Positions 27,501-41,627 of a stretch of 42,793 nucleotides of DNA are shown here, one piece after another; positions within the stretch are counted from its first letter, which is position 1; every line of letters begins with the position of its first letter. The position numbers and the translations under genes are program-made. The notes beneath the pieces are model-generated. The model was not told the origin of the DNA, ran no database searches, and worked only from the letters and a program-made list of their open reading frames with translations. Source of the stretch: Ministeria vibrans ATCC 50519 (lineage: Eukaryota > Protista > Filasterea); the NCBI GenBank assembly GCA_943704425.1, contig CALSCP010000159.1, forward strand, positions 1-42,793. The letters are read 5' to 3'.

Positions 27501-27855
27501 GCACACACACTAAGCACACACACACACACTTTCATCACTTCATTTCGATATGGATATTTTGATTTTGACATCAATCTCGTTTTCTATTGCAGGAATTGCG
27601 ATCCGGGCAAGTGATATTGACATAGTGTTGTGTTATGGCTACGGCTATCCGCGCACAAAAGGTGGGCCACTCTTTGACTGCGAGCATTCCTATGGACTCG
27701 CCCGTGTCCACTCGTTTCTGTCTGACTATCTCTGCGCTCATCCCACATCGCTCCATTTCGAGCCGGCGCCACTCTTGACTGAGCTTGTTGAACGTGGCAT
27801 TGGAGTGCGCGAGTGGGAGGCACTGCGTGATCGCACGGAGAGAGCCAAGTTGTGA
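24525..27855 (+). CDS. EHHADH: Peroxisomal bifunctional enoyl-CoA hydratase / 3-hydroxyacyl-CoA dehydrogenase (EHHADH-like), ~10 exons
   Basis: NNPPVNAL; FPAGAD; [13 protein letters not shown]; [19 protein letters not shown]; [14 protein letters not shown]; DLVIEAVFE; LASNTSTL; [15 protein letters not shown]; GFIGNRM; [12 protein letters not shown]; C-terminal PTS1 -AKL. Confidence 0.93.
26212..26388. repeat. Intronic 51-bp minisatellite, ~3.4 copies
   Basis: Unit gaattgtgtgatgactgattggtat(a/g)attgtgtgattggtatgtg(a/c)tgttt starting at 26214, 26265, 26316, 26367. Confidence 0.9.
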
Positions 27856-28310
27856 GAAGAATGCACTCTGATTTCATGCACTTTTGAACTCTGTGGTCAA
27901 CGAAACAGTCTTATTAAATGGCCAATCAGGCACTGGGATGGGTGCCAAACTCATTCGCCTTAACAGTACCGTTGCTTCAATAGTTGGAGCAAATAATGGC
28001 AACGAAGGGTCCGTCGTCTGATCACTTTTCATGGACAGGGTGATCACTGATCAATCATCAACCCATCTTTTTCTTGCCGTATTGACGCGATAAAGCGCTT
28101 GTGTGTCAGAGGGTTTATACGACGTATAACCCTTCAGCTAAACCCCAAAACCCCCCATAGACCCCACAGAAACGAAATGGGACTCGGGCGAAATGTGTTT
28201 GGTTGTGTGTAAACTAATCTTTACTCATAATCACTACTCGTCGTAATTCACTATTCACTATTCACTCATAATAGTTAATAGTACCATCAACACCAGTAAC
28301 AAAACCAACA

Positions 28311-28463
28311 ATGGCACGCGGAAAGAAGAGGGCCAACGCCAACACGCCGGCGCAGGCAGCAGCAGCCGCAGCGAGCGGCACGAAGGAGATCACAGCAGAC
28401 ATGCTGAGCCCACGCACTGTCGCTGGCTCGCTCGCCTCCCACCCGCTCAGCCGCGATGTCCAG
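28311..28463 (+). CDS. First exon of an ABCF2/ARB1-like ABC-F protein; remaining ABCF exons absent from the window
   Basis: MARGKKRANAN...RTVAGSLASHPLSRDVQ|gtacc. The RxxxGxLxSHPxSxD motif precedes NBD1 in ABCF2/Arb1 proteins. Confidence 0.7.
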
Positions 28464-28662
28464 GTACCCTCGTTGCTCTTCTCTCCGCCCTCCCAGTGCA
28501 CTCTGTTCCTCACCTCTTGACTGTCATACGAACATAAGAAAAATTAAATGTGAAACACGTTTTCCTTTTTTTTTTTTTTTTTTTTTCTTTCTTTTTTTTT
28601 TTTTTTTCTATCACATGTTTCTTTCTCCCTCTCTTTTCTCAAAGTCATCAACTGTTTCTTAG

Positions 28663-29371
28663 ACTGTTCTGTTTTCTGTGGGTCGAGTGCTCAGTCAAAT
28701 GTGCGCTGTGATCTCTCCCTTTCTTGCGGATGAGACTGCTGCGCATTTCTCATCTGAGACTCACTCACACATCCGACACAGTGATCGTTTGTGGAGTGAA
28801 AAGGGCCATTTGGAGTCGAATTTGGAGTCTCTGTTGCAAATGCGATGGGCCAAACTGAACCCACAGCTCAAAAACGTATCGAGAAAAACTAGTTATTATC
28901 ATTATTAGTCTCAATATGGCACATCTATATTCTTGTGATAGGAACGTGTGGTGGAATCAATGGGAGTGCTATTGCGATTGCGAACAAAGTTCAATGTGGA
29001 GTTGGAACTGTTGAAGAAGGAACGTAATGAGGGCAGTCTGTCGACGGAACAGGTACCGAATTGCGTCTGAATCTTATTGCTAAGCTGTGTTCATGTTCAT
29101 GGGTTTCTACTAGTTTGATGTGAGTGCGATTGTGCGTGAGAGTGATCTTGCGCTGATTGAGGAGCACACGAGCGGCCAGAGTGAACTTCTGGAAGTGCTA
29201 CAGTGTGCTTCAGTGACACTGAGTGGCGGGGAGAGTGAGTGTGTGCGCATTGTGCGTGCAACGGAGCAGCCAAAGTGTCAGCGCTGTTGGCGCTATCGAG
29301 TGCCCTCGCGCCAGACTCCCCTTTATTATGGACATGTCTTGTGCGAGAGGTGTGCTGAACATTGTCAATGA
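28663..29371 (+). CDS. IleRS C-terminal part (anticodon-binding helices + FPG/IleRS zinc finger), 3 exons
   Basis: Exons 28663-28875, 28942-29052, 29114-29371. TVLFSVGRVLSQMCAVISPFLADE resembles class Ia QTVL...APILPF.AEE; ends KCQRCWRY...LCERCAEH*. Confidence 0.85.
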
Positions 29372-29597
29372 ACACTAAAATAATATAATATTATTGTATT
29401 GCATCTGTTCTTGTCTCTCGACCTCGGTTCTTTTCCGCTCTCTATTACTTTGTTCTTTTCTCCTCTTCTTTCTCGGTATATGAATACCAATTGTTTATTG
29501 CAATAATAATAACATTCATAATAATAGGAATATAAAGTGAAAATAGTACTCAAGGAGAAGAAAGAAATTGTATACAATAAGAGTAAGAAAATGTTCA

Positions 29598-30926
29598 TTA
29601 AGAAAAATCCAGTAAGAATGGTGGAAGCATTGCATTACGATCGGGCAGGTCAGTATCCGTGGTGTCTCGTGGGGAGTAGTGTGGACCAACGATGGAACGA
29701 ATGCGAGAGGGTTCACGCTGGATCGAGGAAGGGCGGTCCCCAGTTGCGGACGGGTTTAGGGCAGTCACGGAAAGCTCGTAGCTGTGATTTCGTTTCAGGA
29801 TTGGTACGGGAATGTCAAGAAGGTGGGAGCCGGAGTGAGATTCGACTGACTCGGGGCGACGCTCAAGAAAGGCGGACTGACCATCGCTCAGTCCGCTCCG
29901 AGTGCGCACCATTGGAGACAGTGCATTCGGGTCGAGCTTGCGCCACAAGTCACGATCATTCATGACAAGGAGGTCGGCAGCGGAGAGACGCAACGGCTCA
30001 CGCGCCTCGTCATTGTGCGGTTCCATTTCGCCCGTTGTGAACCTAGCCTCGCCCTCAAAGCTGAGAGGGATATCCTCATCCCCGGCCCACAGGCGGTTGG
30101 TGCCCTGAGTTTCTGCCACATGCGTATTGGTATTGGTACGCCACCAGGGAGTGCTCGAATCATGTTCAATCACAACTGCTTGCAGGTTTCGTGGCATTTC
30201 CGTGATCTCCTTCTTCGGTCCACAACAACGATGATGCATTGCGTGCAGCACACGCACGATACACACAAGAAGCAAGAGTGCCATGGTCACGTACACCACG
30301 AAGACCATGGCCACACCCACCGCATGGGTCACGGAGCTACTCAGTGTGGAAGTGCCAAACACAATCACAGCAAGAAGGGTATACAGTAGAATGAGGCCCG
30401 CCGTTGAGATGCCCTCAAGTGTGTACCATACTCGCTGTAGTATTTAAAAATAAAAATAAGAAAATAATTAATAAAGAATGATTAGTATTGGTATGATAAA
30501 AAAGAGTGGGGATCGTACTTGATGGAGTCGATACGGACGGAAGAATTTGAGAAGGCCAATATGCAGAAAAAGAACGATTAGGACACCGAGAACTTGAAGG
30601 CGTGGAGAAGTGCCCATGCCATAGAGGAGGGCAACAAACAGACGACGGAAGAGAACTGAGAGGAGGAAGTAGCGCGCAGACCATGTGTACATCCATGTTG
30701 CACTGGATATGATGACACCCATGTAAGCTTGACGTCGCAGTTGGTCGCGGTGCTTGGCGACCGAAACTGATGGGTCGGTGACGCCACGGTTCCAGGAGTG
30801 CATCATACGGAATATTAGGACCAAAAAGGCGATAACAACTACAGCCTGTATAGGTAGGAAAAGAAGTGGAAGAAAGATTTTATAAGAATGAGCACACACA
30901 AGATGGAAACAATAATAATCATAAAT

Positions 30927-30961
<35 letters not shown>

Positions 30962-33653
30962 CATTATTATTATAATAGCGACGTACCAAGAAGATGGCTG
31001 CAACAACCTGCGAGGCGATGGACCAGCCATACGAATCACTCGGCGTAGAATCAAAGTCAGCGGCATGAGCAAACACATACGAAGCACCCAACGCAATGCC
31101 AAGAAAGGAGAACTGGGTCCAGCGAAAGAGGAAGGCAAGAGGAAGGGTCCACCAAGGACGCGAGTGGTTGTTGCTGCGACCGTGTGTCCAGTGTTCCTCC
31201 GTGAACTTGACTTGGTTTTCTTTCGTACGTCTAACGGAAGATCGCCGGCAGGTGGTCCAGAGATAACAGAGAACCCCAAAAATAAGACTCACCGCGGCAC
31301 CGATAAGATACACGACAGCAATTGGCGGAAACCATGCCTGCGACACCTCGAGAGCATTGGCAGTGGCATCTCGCAAGATTGATCCTTGGTAGTCCAGTGT
31401 ACCGCGACGAGACAATCCCGATGTGTCACGCAGACCCGCCGACGAGGCATACTCCTCAAAGCCAATGAGAGTGGAACGGTCAGAGAAGGGCAAGGGTGCG
31501 TCCGAAAGAATGGTCCATGACAAACATGCTGTCAAATTGCCAAAGTAGCGACAACCATTTGTCGTACAGCTGTGGTCGGTCATGCCGGCCACCGTCACCA
31601 TCTGCATAAAATCAGCGAGAACCCACACAAAGCTCGGCGATATAAGGGGGGTCAATTGAGCGCCAAGAACCCCGCCAGCAAGTAGCACAAAAATGCCGCC
31701 CCGGCATCCCGAGTAGCTTGGGTCAAATAGAACGCCGGAGCTGTCGAACGATGCATTGCCTGTCGCAGGTGTGTCTGTTGGCGATGGAGTGGGCGAACTT
31801 AAATCCAGAACAGGGGTTGGAACCGAGATGATGAGAGCAGGGCCAGGCGTTGTCATCGCAGGGCCAGGCGTTGTCATCTCAGGGCCAGGCGTTGTCATCG
31901 CAGGGCCAGGCGTTGTCATCGCAGGGCCAGGCGTTGTCATCTCAGGACCAGGCGTTGTCATCTCAGGACCGGGTGTTGTCATCTCAGGACCAGGCGTTGT
32001 CATCTCAGGACCAGGCGTTGTCATCTCAGGACCAGGTGTTGTCATCTCAGGGCCAGGCGTTGTCATCTCAGGGCCAGGCGTTGTCATCGCAGGACCAGGC
32101 GTTGTCATCTCAGGACCAGGTGTTGTCATCTCAGGGCCAGGCGTTGTCATTTCAGGACCAGGCGTTGTCATCGCAGGACCAGGCGTTGTCATCTCAGGGC
32201 CAGGCGTTGTCATCTCAGGACCGGGTGTTGTCATCTCAGGACCAGGCGTTGTCATCTCAGGGCCAGGCGTTGTCATCTCAGGGCCAGGCGTTGTCATCTC
32301 AGGGCCAGGCGTTGTCATCTCAGGACCGGGTGTTGTTGGGTTGGGTACTGCCGTTGTGGGACATTCACAAGGTGCACCCACCGCGGTCGAGCCGGAGGGA
32401 AATGGAAGATCGCTCTGTGCAACAGCAGATGGTTCCGGCAAAGGTTCGACGCACTGACTTATACTGCAGGTAGCTTCAAAGCACACCAAGTCACACAATT
32501 GTGTGTCGTTCAGGCACTGGAGTGGTACGGAGAAAGACGGGGCGCCAATGGCGCACTCGGAGCATTGGCAGATTTGCTGTGGTAGGGTGACGTTGGCAGG
32601 GACGTCGGGTATGCCGACGACGCCACTCGGCAACTCGGGCGTGACTGCGACGTAGTGTCCTTCAGGGCACGAGCAAACCGTCTCGGGCTGAACTGCCACC
32701 AGTGTGGGCTGCGCAGGGACCGATGTGGCCGTCACATCGCATGAGTAGGTCGTACACGCGTTTTCAAGGCACACAGAGTCGCACAAGAGCGAGCCGCCGA
32801 GTCCTGGAGCGAGCGCATCGCAAGCGGTGAAAAACCCGAACTCTTTTTCCTAACAAGGATTGAAAAAAAAAAAAAAAAAATCAGATACAGTCTCAGTTGG
32901 TACACACGTTTCGCCCTGTCGGATATTTCTAAAGCAGCATGGGGTGTAGGGCGGACGTCGCAGGACACAGGATGCGAATTTACAATGTCGATAGATTCAC
33001 ATAAAACTCCGAAAAAACTCCGTGGCGAAAAAAAAGGTTGAAAGAAAGAAGAATGCTCACGTTTAAGCACGAGCCATATAGCAGTGTAAGCAGACAAGGG
33101 GAAAATGGCGTTGCGAAGCAAGATTTACTCAGACAAAGCGACGCACATGATAAGTCCGATCGGTTTCGATTCAAGATTATGTTGTCGATGATGTCACCAA
33201 AGGCAAAATAAGAGAAAGAAAAAAAGAACAAAAAGAAAGAACAGCAGAAGATGGGGGAGGGGGAGGGGAACGCTAGACGGATGATAGTGGGCTATGGGTC
33301 GCTGTCTGTGGGCTGCATGGGGCGGACGGCGCACAGCACCAAAAAACGCGAAACATCGAGATCGCATCGCGATCCCCCAACGTCACTCACGTCCTTACGA
33401 AAGTGATCTCGTTGTCGGGGGAAACCTCGGCGCAGCTCTGGCAGCCACACACACCGAACGTCTCGGAGACCTCGCAGACGCCAGAGACGCAGCCAAACAT
33501 GGCACACTCATCTTGGCACTCACTGCACCGATCGACGACCACAGTGGGCGGGCACGTCAATGCGCCCGCCGTGCATGCACACGTCGCACCCATGCATGGC
33601 CCAATGCATGCCGCGACGATGACCAGGATGGCGATTTGGCTGAGATAATTCAT
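29598..33653 (-). CDS. ~1093-aa cell-surface protein: signal peptide, Cys-rich repeats, mucin-like TTPGPEM array, multi-pass TRP-like (fungal Pkd2/FLC-type) membrane domain, cytoplasmic tail
   Basis: Exons 33653-33399, 32849-30987, 30845-30519, 30434-29598, all phase 0. DFMQMVTVAGM and YFLLSVLFRRLFVALLYG..LQVLGVLIVLFLHIGLLKFFRPY resemble the TRP (Pkd2/FLC-like) C-terminal domain; 7 or more hydrophobic segments. Family assignment is by motif recognition only. Confidence 0.75.
31833..32337 (-). repeat. Coding 21-bp tandem repeat, ~24 x TTPGP(E/A)M
   Basis: Near-identical units (c)aggg/accaggcgttgtcatct/gc; translation in ORF 30930..32786. Confidence 0.95.
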
Positions 33654-33769
33654 AACCAAAAGTTGAAAAAAAAAATGAAACAATACTTAAAAATACGATT
33701 TTCAACTATGCAACTATTACATTCAATTTTAAGAAAACATTATAATCTTTCTCCTCATAATCTAACACA

Positions 33770-34119
33770 CAGTCACGACAACAAGCACACCAGCCGCCCT
33801 ACAGCCGACCCGCCCCGCCTGTGTACCACGGGAGCGCCCCGCAGCCACCTGGACTTGCCGCCGCCGACCACCGATCCGATTGCCTCAACCACGACTTCGA
33901 CTTTACACTCCTTGCCGACAGACACCTTCATGGTGTCAGAGTCCTAAGCCTCCACTGGGGGTATGGCGTACCATCGCGATTGCCTCACTGGATAGCGTGA
34001 AGATAGCGTCGACACAGCACTATGACCCGCCACCCTGCTCCCATTACCTCTAGAGTTTCGGTCACGTGGTTTCGGTGGAGTTTGCAAGGCGGTCTGGCTG
34101 TGTCTTTGCGTGGTGACTG
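33770..34119. mobile_element. Candidate non-autonomous Tc1/mariner-like MITE (~350 bp)
   Basis: GC-rich island in AT-rich intergenic DNA. Ends CAGTCACGACAACAAGCACACCAGCCGCCCT and (reverse complement) CAGTCACCACGCAAAGACACAGCCAGACCGCCTT form imperfect TIRs. TA on the right flank, CA on the left. Confidence 0.5.
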
Positions 34120-34433
34120 TATCATTAATAAATGGGCTGCATTCTTCTAATAAATCAATGTGACTGTTAACTGTATCATATTCATTAATAAATGGGTTGT
34201 ATTCGGATTGTATTCTTCTTCTTCTTCAATGAATCAATGCAATGATCTGTCCGAAAGACAGACAAAGACTGTGACAGTGCGACCTCTCCGCTTACAAGTT
34301 GTAGGGGCTAACGACGATGATACAGAAACTATAAATATTGTGTTGTAGAATTCTTTGCAATCACACGCACGACACTTTATTATTATGCGTTCATTAATCA
34401 TTTTATCTTTTTCCTCTCACGGACTCACCCTCT

Positions 34434-36847
<2,414 letters not shown>

Positions 36848-37085
36848 GTATTTTGTATCGGTATTGTCGAGAGAGCAGGATGGAGGCAAGGACTCACTCT
36901 GATGAAAGATTGTTGCCTAAGTAGCAGACTCTTTCTGTCGTTACTCACTCCTGACTCTGTTCTGAGTGATCTCTACTCTCTGTGAGACTTTGGCTTGTTT
37001 CTTCAGACAATAGTAGATAAATCTGAATATGAAATTATCAAAATTTATAAATCAACAAATTTTTTGTTTTGTTTTGTTTCTCAGA

Positions 37086-39566
37086 ATGCGTTTTGTCTTC
37101 TTCACTCTGGCCATCTACATCGGCGTAGTCTGCGGTGCCCTCAATGACGAGGACATGGACGTTGTTCACGCCCGCATCGTGGCGTCGCTGCTGCCGACAA
37201 GCCAGGCGTCGGCCGAGAGGTACAAGACGCGATGAGCACAACTTGTCAACAAACCATTGTGTTCTTTGCCGCATAGCCTGGCAAAGACGGCGCTTGGCTA
37301 CTCGCAATCCCTCCTGCCCGACGGCCATTGGGCAGACATTGACTACCAGGACCAAGGGCGCGCCAACTGGCTGCCGCAGCAGCACATTGCGCGGTTGCAA
37401 GACATGACGTACGCGTGGGCGTCGAATCTCACCGCGACCTACCACAACGCAACGCTGCTCGGACGCATTCACTCTGCCCTTGACTTTTGGCTTGTCAACG
37501 ACTTTCAGTGTCCCAACTGGTGGTTCAACCAGATTTCCATTCCCAAATCGATCAGCGACATTTATTTGTTGTTGACTCAGGCCAACTTGAACGACAAAGA
37601 GATCGCAAAGGTGAGTGGGGACAACACAGCTGCGAAGTACGCGCTCTGTAACGTTGCACACATTCTCTCTTTCCCTTTCCACACATGATCGTAGGGCAAC
37701 ACGATTATGTTGCGTGCGGACTGGCGCAAGTGGACGGGCGCAAACCTCATTGACATGACCTATGTGCAAATCAATCGAGGGCTCTTCTTCGACAACCACA
37801 CGCTTGTCGCGGAGAGTTTCACGGGATCGTGGAGCGAAGTGAAGCTGTCGGCGCAGAGTGGCGATGATATCCAGTACGACGGGAGTTTCCACCAACACGG
37901 CCCTGAGCTGCTGGCCGGCTCGTACGGCGCCGGCTTCACCCACAATCTGCTGTCGTTTATGTCCGCCTCGCGCGACACCGTCTTCTACATTCCGGCGTCG
38001 CAAATGGACGTGTTTGCACATTTGGTGCTTGACGGACAGCAGTGGATGATTGTCGAGGGCGCTGCGTTCGACTACAGTGTTGCGGGACGCGCCTCAACGC
38101 GACCCAACGACTCTTTTGACTGCTCCTTCCCTCCGACCTATCTGCGCCAGGTGCGCTCGAGTCGCGCGTCCGAATTCAATGCTTTTGCCGATCGACTTGA
38201 GGGCAAGACGAACGTGTCACCGCTGGTGGGCCTGCGAGTGTACTACGACTCGGACTATGCAGTGCACCGTCGGCCCGACTTTACCGTCTCCGTGCGCATG
38301 TTCAGCAAGCGCACCATCAACGCCAAGTGTGTCAATGACGAAGGAAAGCTGTCGCGCTTCACGGCTGACGGGCTGACCAATGTTTTTCTGGCCAAGGATT
38401 CCGCGTACCCCTATCACGATGTGTTTCCTGTGCTCACCTGGACACGGCTCGGGGGCACCACCGTGGCCCAGCGCCCGCTCACCCCTTGCTCGAGCACACT
38501 AGTTTCTACCAAGGCGACGTTTGTGGGCGGAGTCAGCAACGGCGAGCACGGCGCCGCCTGTCAGGATATTCAGACGACGTCCGACGTGAATGCGCGCAAG
38601 GCCTGGTTCTTCTTTGATGCGGGCGTGATGGCGCTTGGAAGCAAGATTGACGCACTCACAAATGAGCGAGTGCTAACGACCATTGCGGCTCAGCTGCTCA
38701 CGACCGACGTGTCTGTTGCCTTTGCGAATGGCACGCAGGTTAGTGCGCTTCCCATGGGCTCACGCGTGTACTCTGCAAGTACGGGCGGTGGAGTGCGCAC
38801 TGTGGTGCACGCGAGCACGGGGTATCGTTTTGGAAGGTACTGTGCTTGTGTGTGTGTGTGTGTGTGTGATTGTGTGCTCATGAAAAGATGTGTACGTATA
38901 TAGTGCCGTGGACATGAGTATTGCCAATGAGGGGCGGTGGGGCGACTGGGACGCCATTGGGGTGTCGTCAGGCAACATTACTCGTAATCTATTTGAGGTA
39001 TATGTGGACCATGGACAAGGGCCCTTTTCTGCCAAGGACTATGCGTACCTCATAGCTCCCAATGTGTCCTCTGTGGCGCACGTTGAAGGTAGAATCAAAG
39101 TGATATAACAAAGTGATAGAGAGAGAGAGAAAGTAATGTCAGTGTGCAAACTAATTGAGAGCTCATTGATTGTTCATTGCTGGTTGTAGCGGCTTGGGCG
39201 TCGCTGAGTGTGATTGCGAACAGCGACAATGTGCAGGCGGTGGCCAACCGATCGGCGGGTGTTCTCAGTGCTATCTTCTGGAGTGACAATGTTGTTTTGA
39301 ACACGACTCTTGTCGCCCCTCTTGTTTCAGTTGCGCCCACGAAAGCATGTGCTCTGACGGTTGTGGCGTCGGCACAGGCCTTGCAGGTGTCCGTTGCACA
39401 GCCCAGTGCGAGCGGCACAGCTGCCGTGGCTCTGTCGCTTGTGCCGGGGGTCGTGTATGCAGGCGATGGATGTGTGCAAAAGGGGGATGTTTTGACGGTG
39501 ACTGTTACTTCTCCCAGTGGCAACAATCAAGGCGAGACTGTCGTGGTGTTGTGTCGCAAGCAGTGA
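37086..39566 (+). CDS. Secreted polysaccharide lyase family 8 (chondroitin AC / hyaluronate lyase-like), ~723 aa, 5 exons
   Basis: Signal peptide MRFVFFTLAIYIGVVCGA; DGHWADIDY; NWWFNQISIP; TGAN; IQYDGSFHQHGPELLAGSYG; GRASTR; VRMFSKRT..NDEG; FVGGVSNG; ARKAWFFFD. Exons 37086-37219, 37277-37610, 37695-38836, 38904-39088, 39190-39566. Confidence 0.92.
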
Positions 39567-39877
39567 AGTGCTATGACTTTTTATTTTGGGAGTGTCAGAT
39601 GTGTAGACTGTAATCGTACTTCGTACTCAATGTCAAAACAAGACAATATACAAAACGAATAAGTTTTAATAATAATACGAAAATATATAGAGAATCGAGA
39701 GCTGTACTTGAGCTGTACTCCGTCTCCTACGGAGTAGTCTGTTATAACATATCTGGTGTGTGTGTATGTGTGTGTGTGTGTGTATGTATGTATGTGTGTA
39801 TGTGTATGTGTGTGTATGTGTGTATGTGTATGTGTGTGTATGTGTGTGTATGTGTGTATGTATGTGTGTGTATGTGT

Positions 39878-39937
<60 letters not shown>

Positions 39938-40101
39938 CTGTGTGTGTGTGTGTGNNNNNNNNNNGGGGGGGGGGGGGGGGGGGGGGGTCTACTGTGATGA
40001 CTTTTGTTTTTTTAGGTTTTGGTGAGATCGTGGTGAGATGTATTGATGAGTCGAATATCGAATTTTGTTATTCTTTTTTGTTCCTTACTATATATAATTG
40101 T

Positions 40102-40835
40102 ATGCATTCCGTTTTGTCGCGAACCAATGCCGTTACGGCGTACACGCTGAGTGTCATGGCTGTGCTTGCGGCCATTGCGGCACTTTCCAGTGTTGCTCGT
40201 CTGCAGGACGCACAGGTTTCATTGACCATCAAGAACATGCGAGTGTAAGCCAGAACGGGGTGGGAGGGGGGAGGGAGGAGGAGGAGGAAGGACCGAAGCG
40301 ACGGCTGTGTCGAATGGGGCGTCGTACGTGTGGGAAAGGGCAAACGAGAAAAAAGGGTTCATTCGTCGCACTCACTACTGCATCGTTGTTCGCTGTAGAC
40401 GTCACGTGCAAGAGTACCCATCGTCGCCGTACGTGGACGTAGGGATTTTCAATTTTGACTTGGATGCAGGTGAGTGTGGACCGAATGAGTGTGTGATGAA
40501 TTCTCTGGTTCTGAAAGCGTTTTGTAGATTTCTCTCCTGTCTTCGACTGGAACACCAAACAGCTGTTTGTGTACTTTATGGCGGAGTACACGACGGACAA
40601 GCACGCGCGGAACGAGGTTGTGGTGTGGGATGCGATCATTGAGCGCGACGACGCACGGGTGATTCGCGTGGAGAACCAGGGCATCAAGTACGGGCTGTTT
40701 GACCACGGCAGTGGCCTCGTCGCCAACAAGAACGTGTCCTTTTCCATGCACTGGAATGTCATTCCGTACGTGGGCATGATTCCGCGACGGAGTGCCCACT
40801 ACGGATCGATTGAGATGCCCGCCAAGTATGTGTAA
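40102..40835 (+). CDS. SPCS3: Signal peptidase complex subunit 3 (SPC22/23), 3 exons
   Basis: MHSVLSRTNAVTAYTLSVM; FDLDADFSPVFDWNTKQLFVYFMAEY; NEVVVWDAII; KYGLFDHG; MHWNVIPYVG. Confidence 0.95.
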
Positions 40836-41318
40836 ATGTAAAAGTATACTGCATCAACATAATTTCATATTTCGGTGACTCTGTGGTTTGTGAACTGTGA
40901 AGGCTGAAGACTAAAGAGTCTAAAGACTGAAGAGGGGTCTCACGATTGAAGAGTCTAAAGACTGACTCGTCACTGCAAGAAGGTGTTTAACTTTCAATTT
41001 ATCATTTTGTGAGGTCGTAAAAAGTATGTCACCCACGATCCACTTAGTAGAATCGCAGTGACTATTGAGCTTGTACTAAACAGTTAACGAACTTAACGTA
41101 CTGTTAACTGTGTTAAGTAGTTCGTACTGATCGTACAGCATGCAGAATAACATAAATGATACAGTGCTACGCAATACGTTTAATTAGGAAAATAAATAAA
41201 AAATATAATAATAATAAAATAATAATAATTTATTATTATTATTATTATAAAAGCTTAAAAAAACCAAAAAAAAATATAAAAGCAAAAATAATAATACAAA
41301 AATGCAAAAAAAAGACAT

Positions 41319-41391
41319 TGCCTTGCAGCAGATTTGAACTACTGACCTTTGCATTACTAGTGCAATGCTCTGCCAACTGAGCTAGCAAGGC
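41319..41391 (-). tRNA. tRNA-Thr (AGT), intronless
   Basis: GCCTTGC TAGCTCAGTTGGCAGAGC A TTGCA CTAGTAA TGCAA AGGTC AGTAG TTCAAAT CTGCT GCAAGGC A. All four stems pair; a T-run Pol III terminator follows. Confidence 0.93.
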
Positions 41392-41627
41392 GGCGTCTTC
41401 AGAACAGAAATGTTTTCTGAACAGATGAATGAGAAGTGGCGTAATGTGATATAAAACCTAAATTTCATTTTCTTCGTATCAAAATATCACTCTGTTGACT
41501 TGGTCTGGCTGTAGTAAGCATATTGAATGGGTGGAATCTAAGAGAAATGAATGAAAAATCAACAAAACACGAATACAATTTATTTTTATTTTCTAATTTT
41601 CAATTATTTTTTTCTTTCCTCATTCAA

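Noticed and set aside
31833-32337. Regular short repeats as a CRISPR array; + strand ORFs 31756-32457 and 31850-32473
   Set aside because: No unique spacers. It is a coding tandem repeat on the minus strand, and the + ORFs are shadows of a stop-free repeat.
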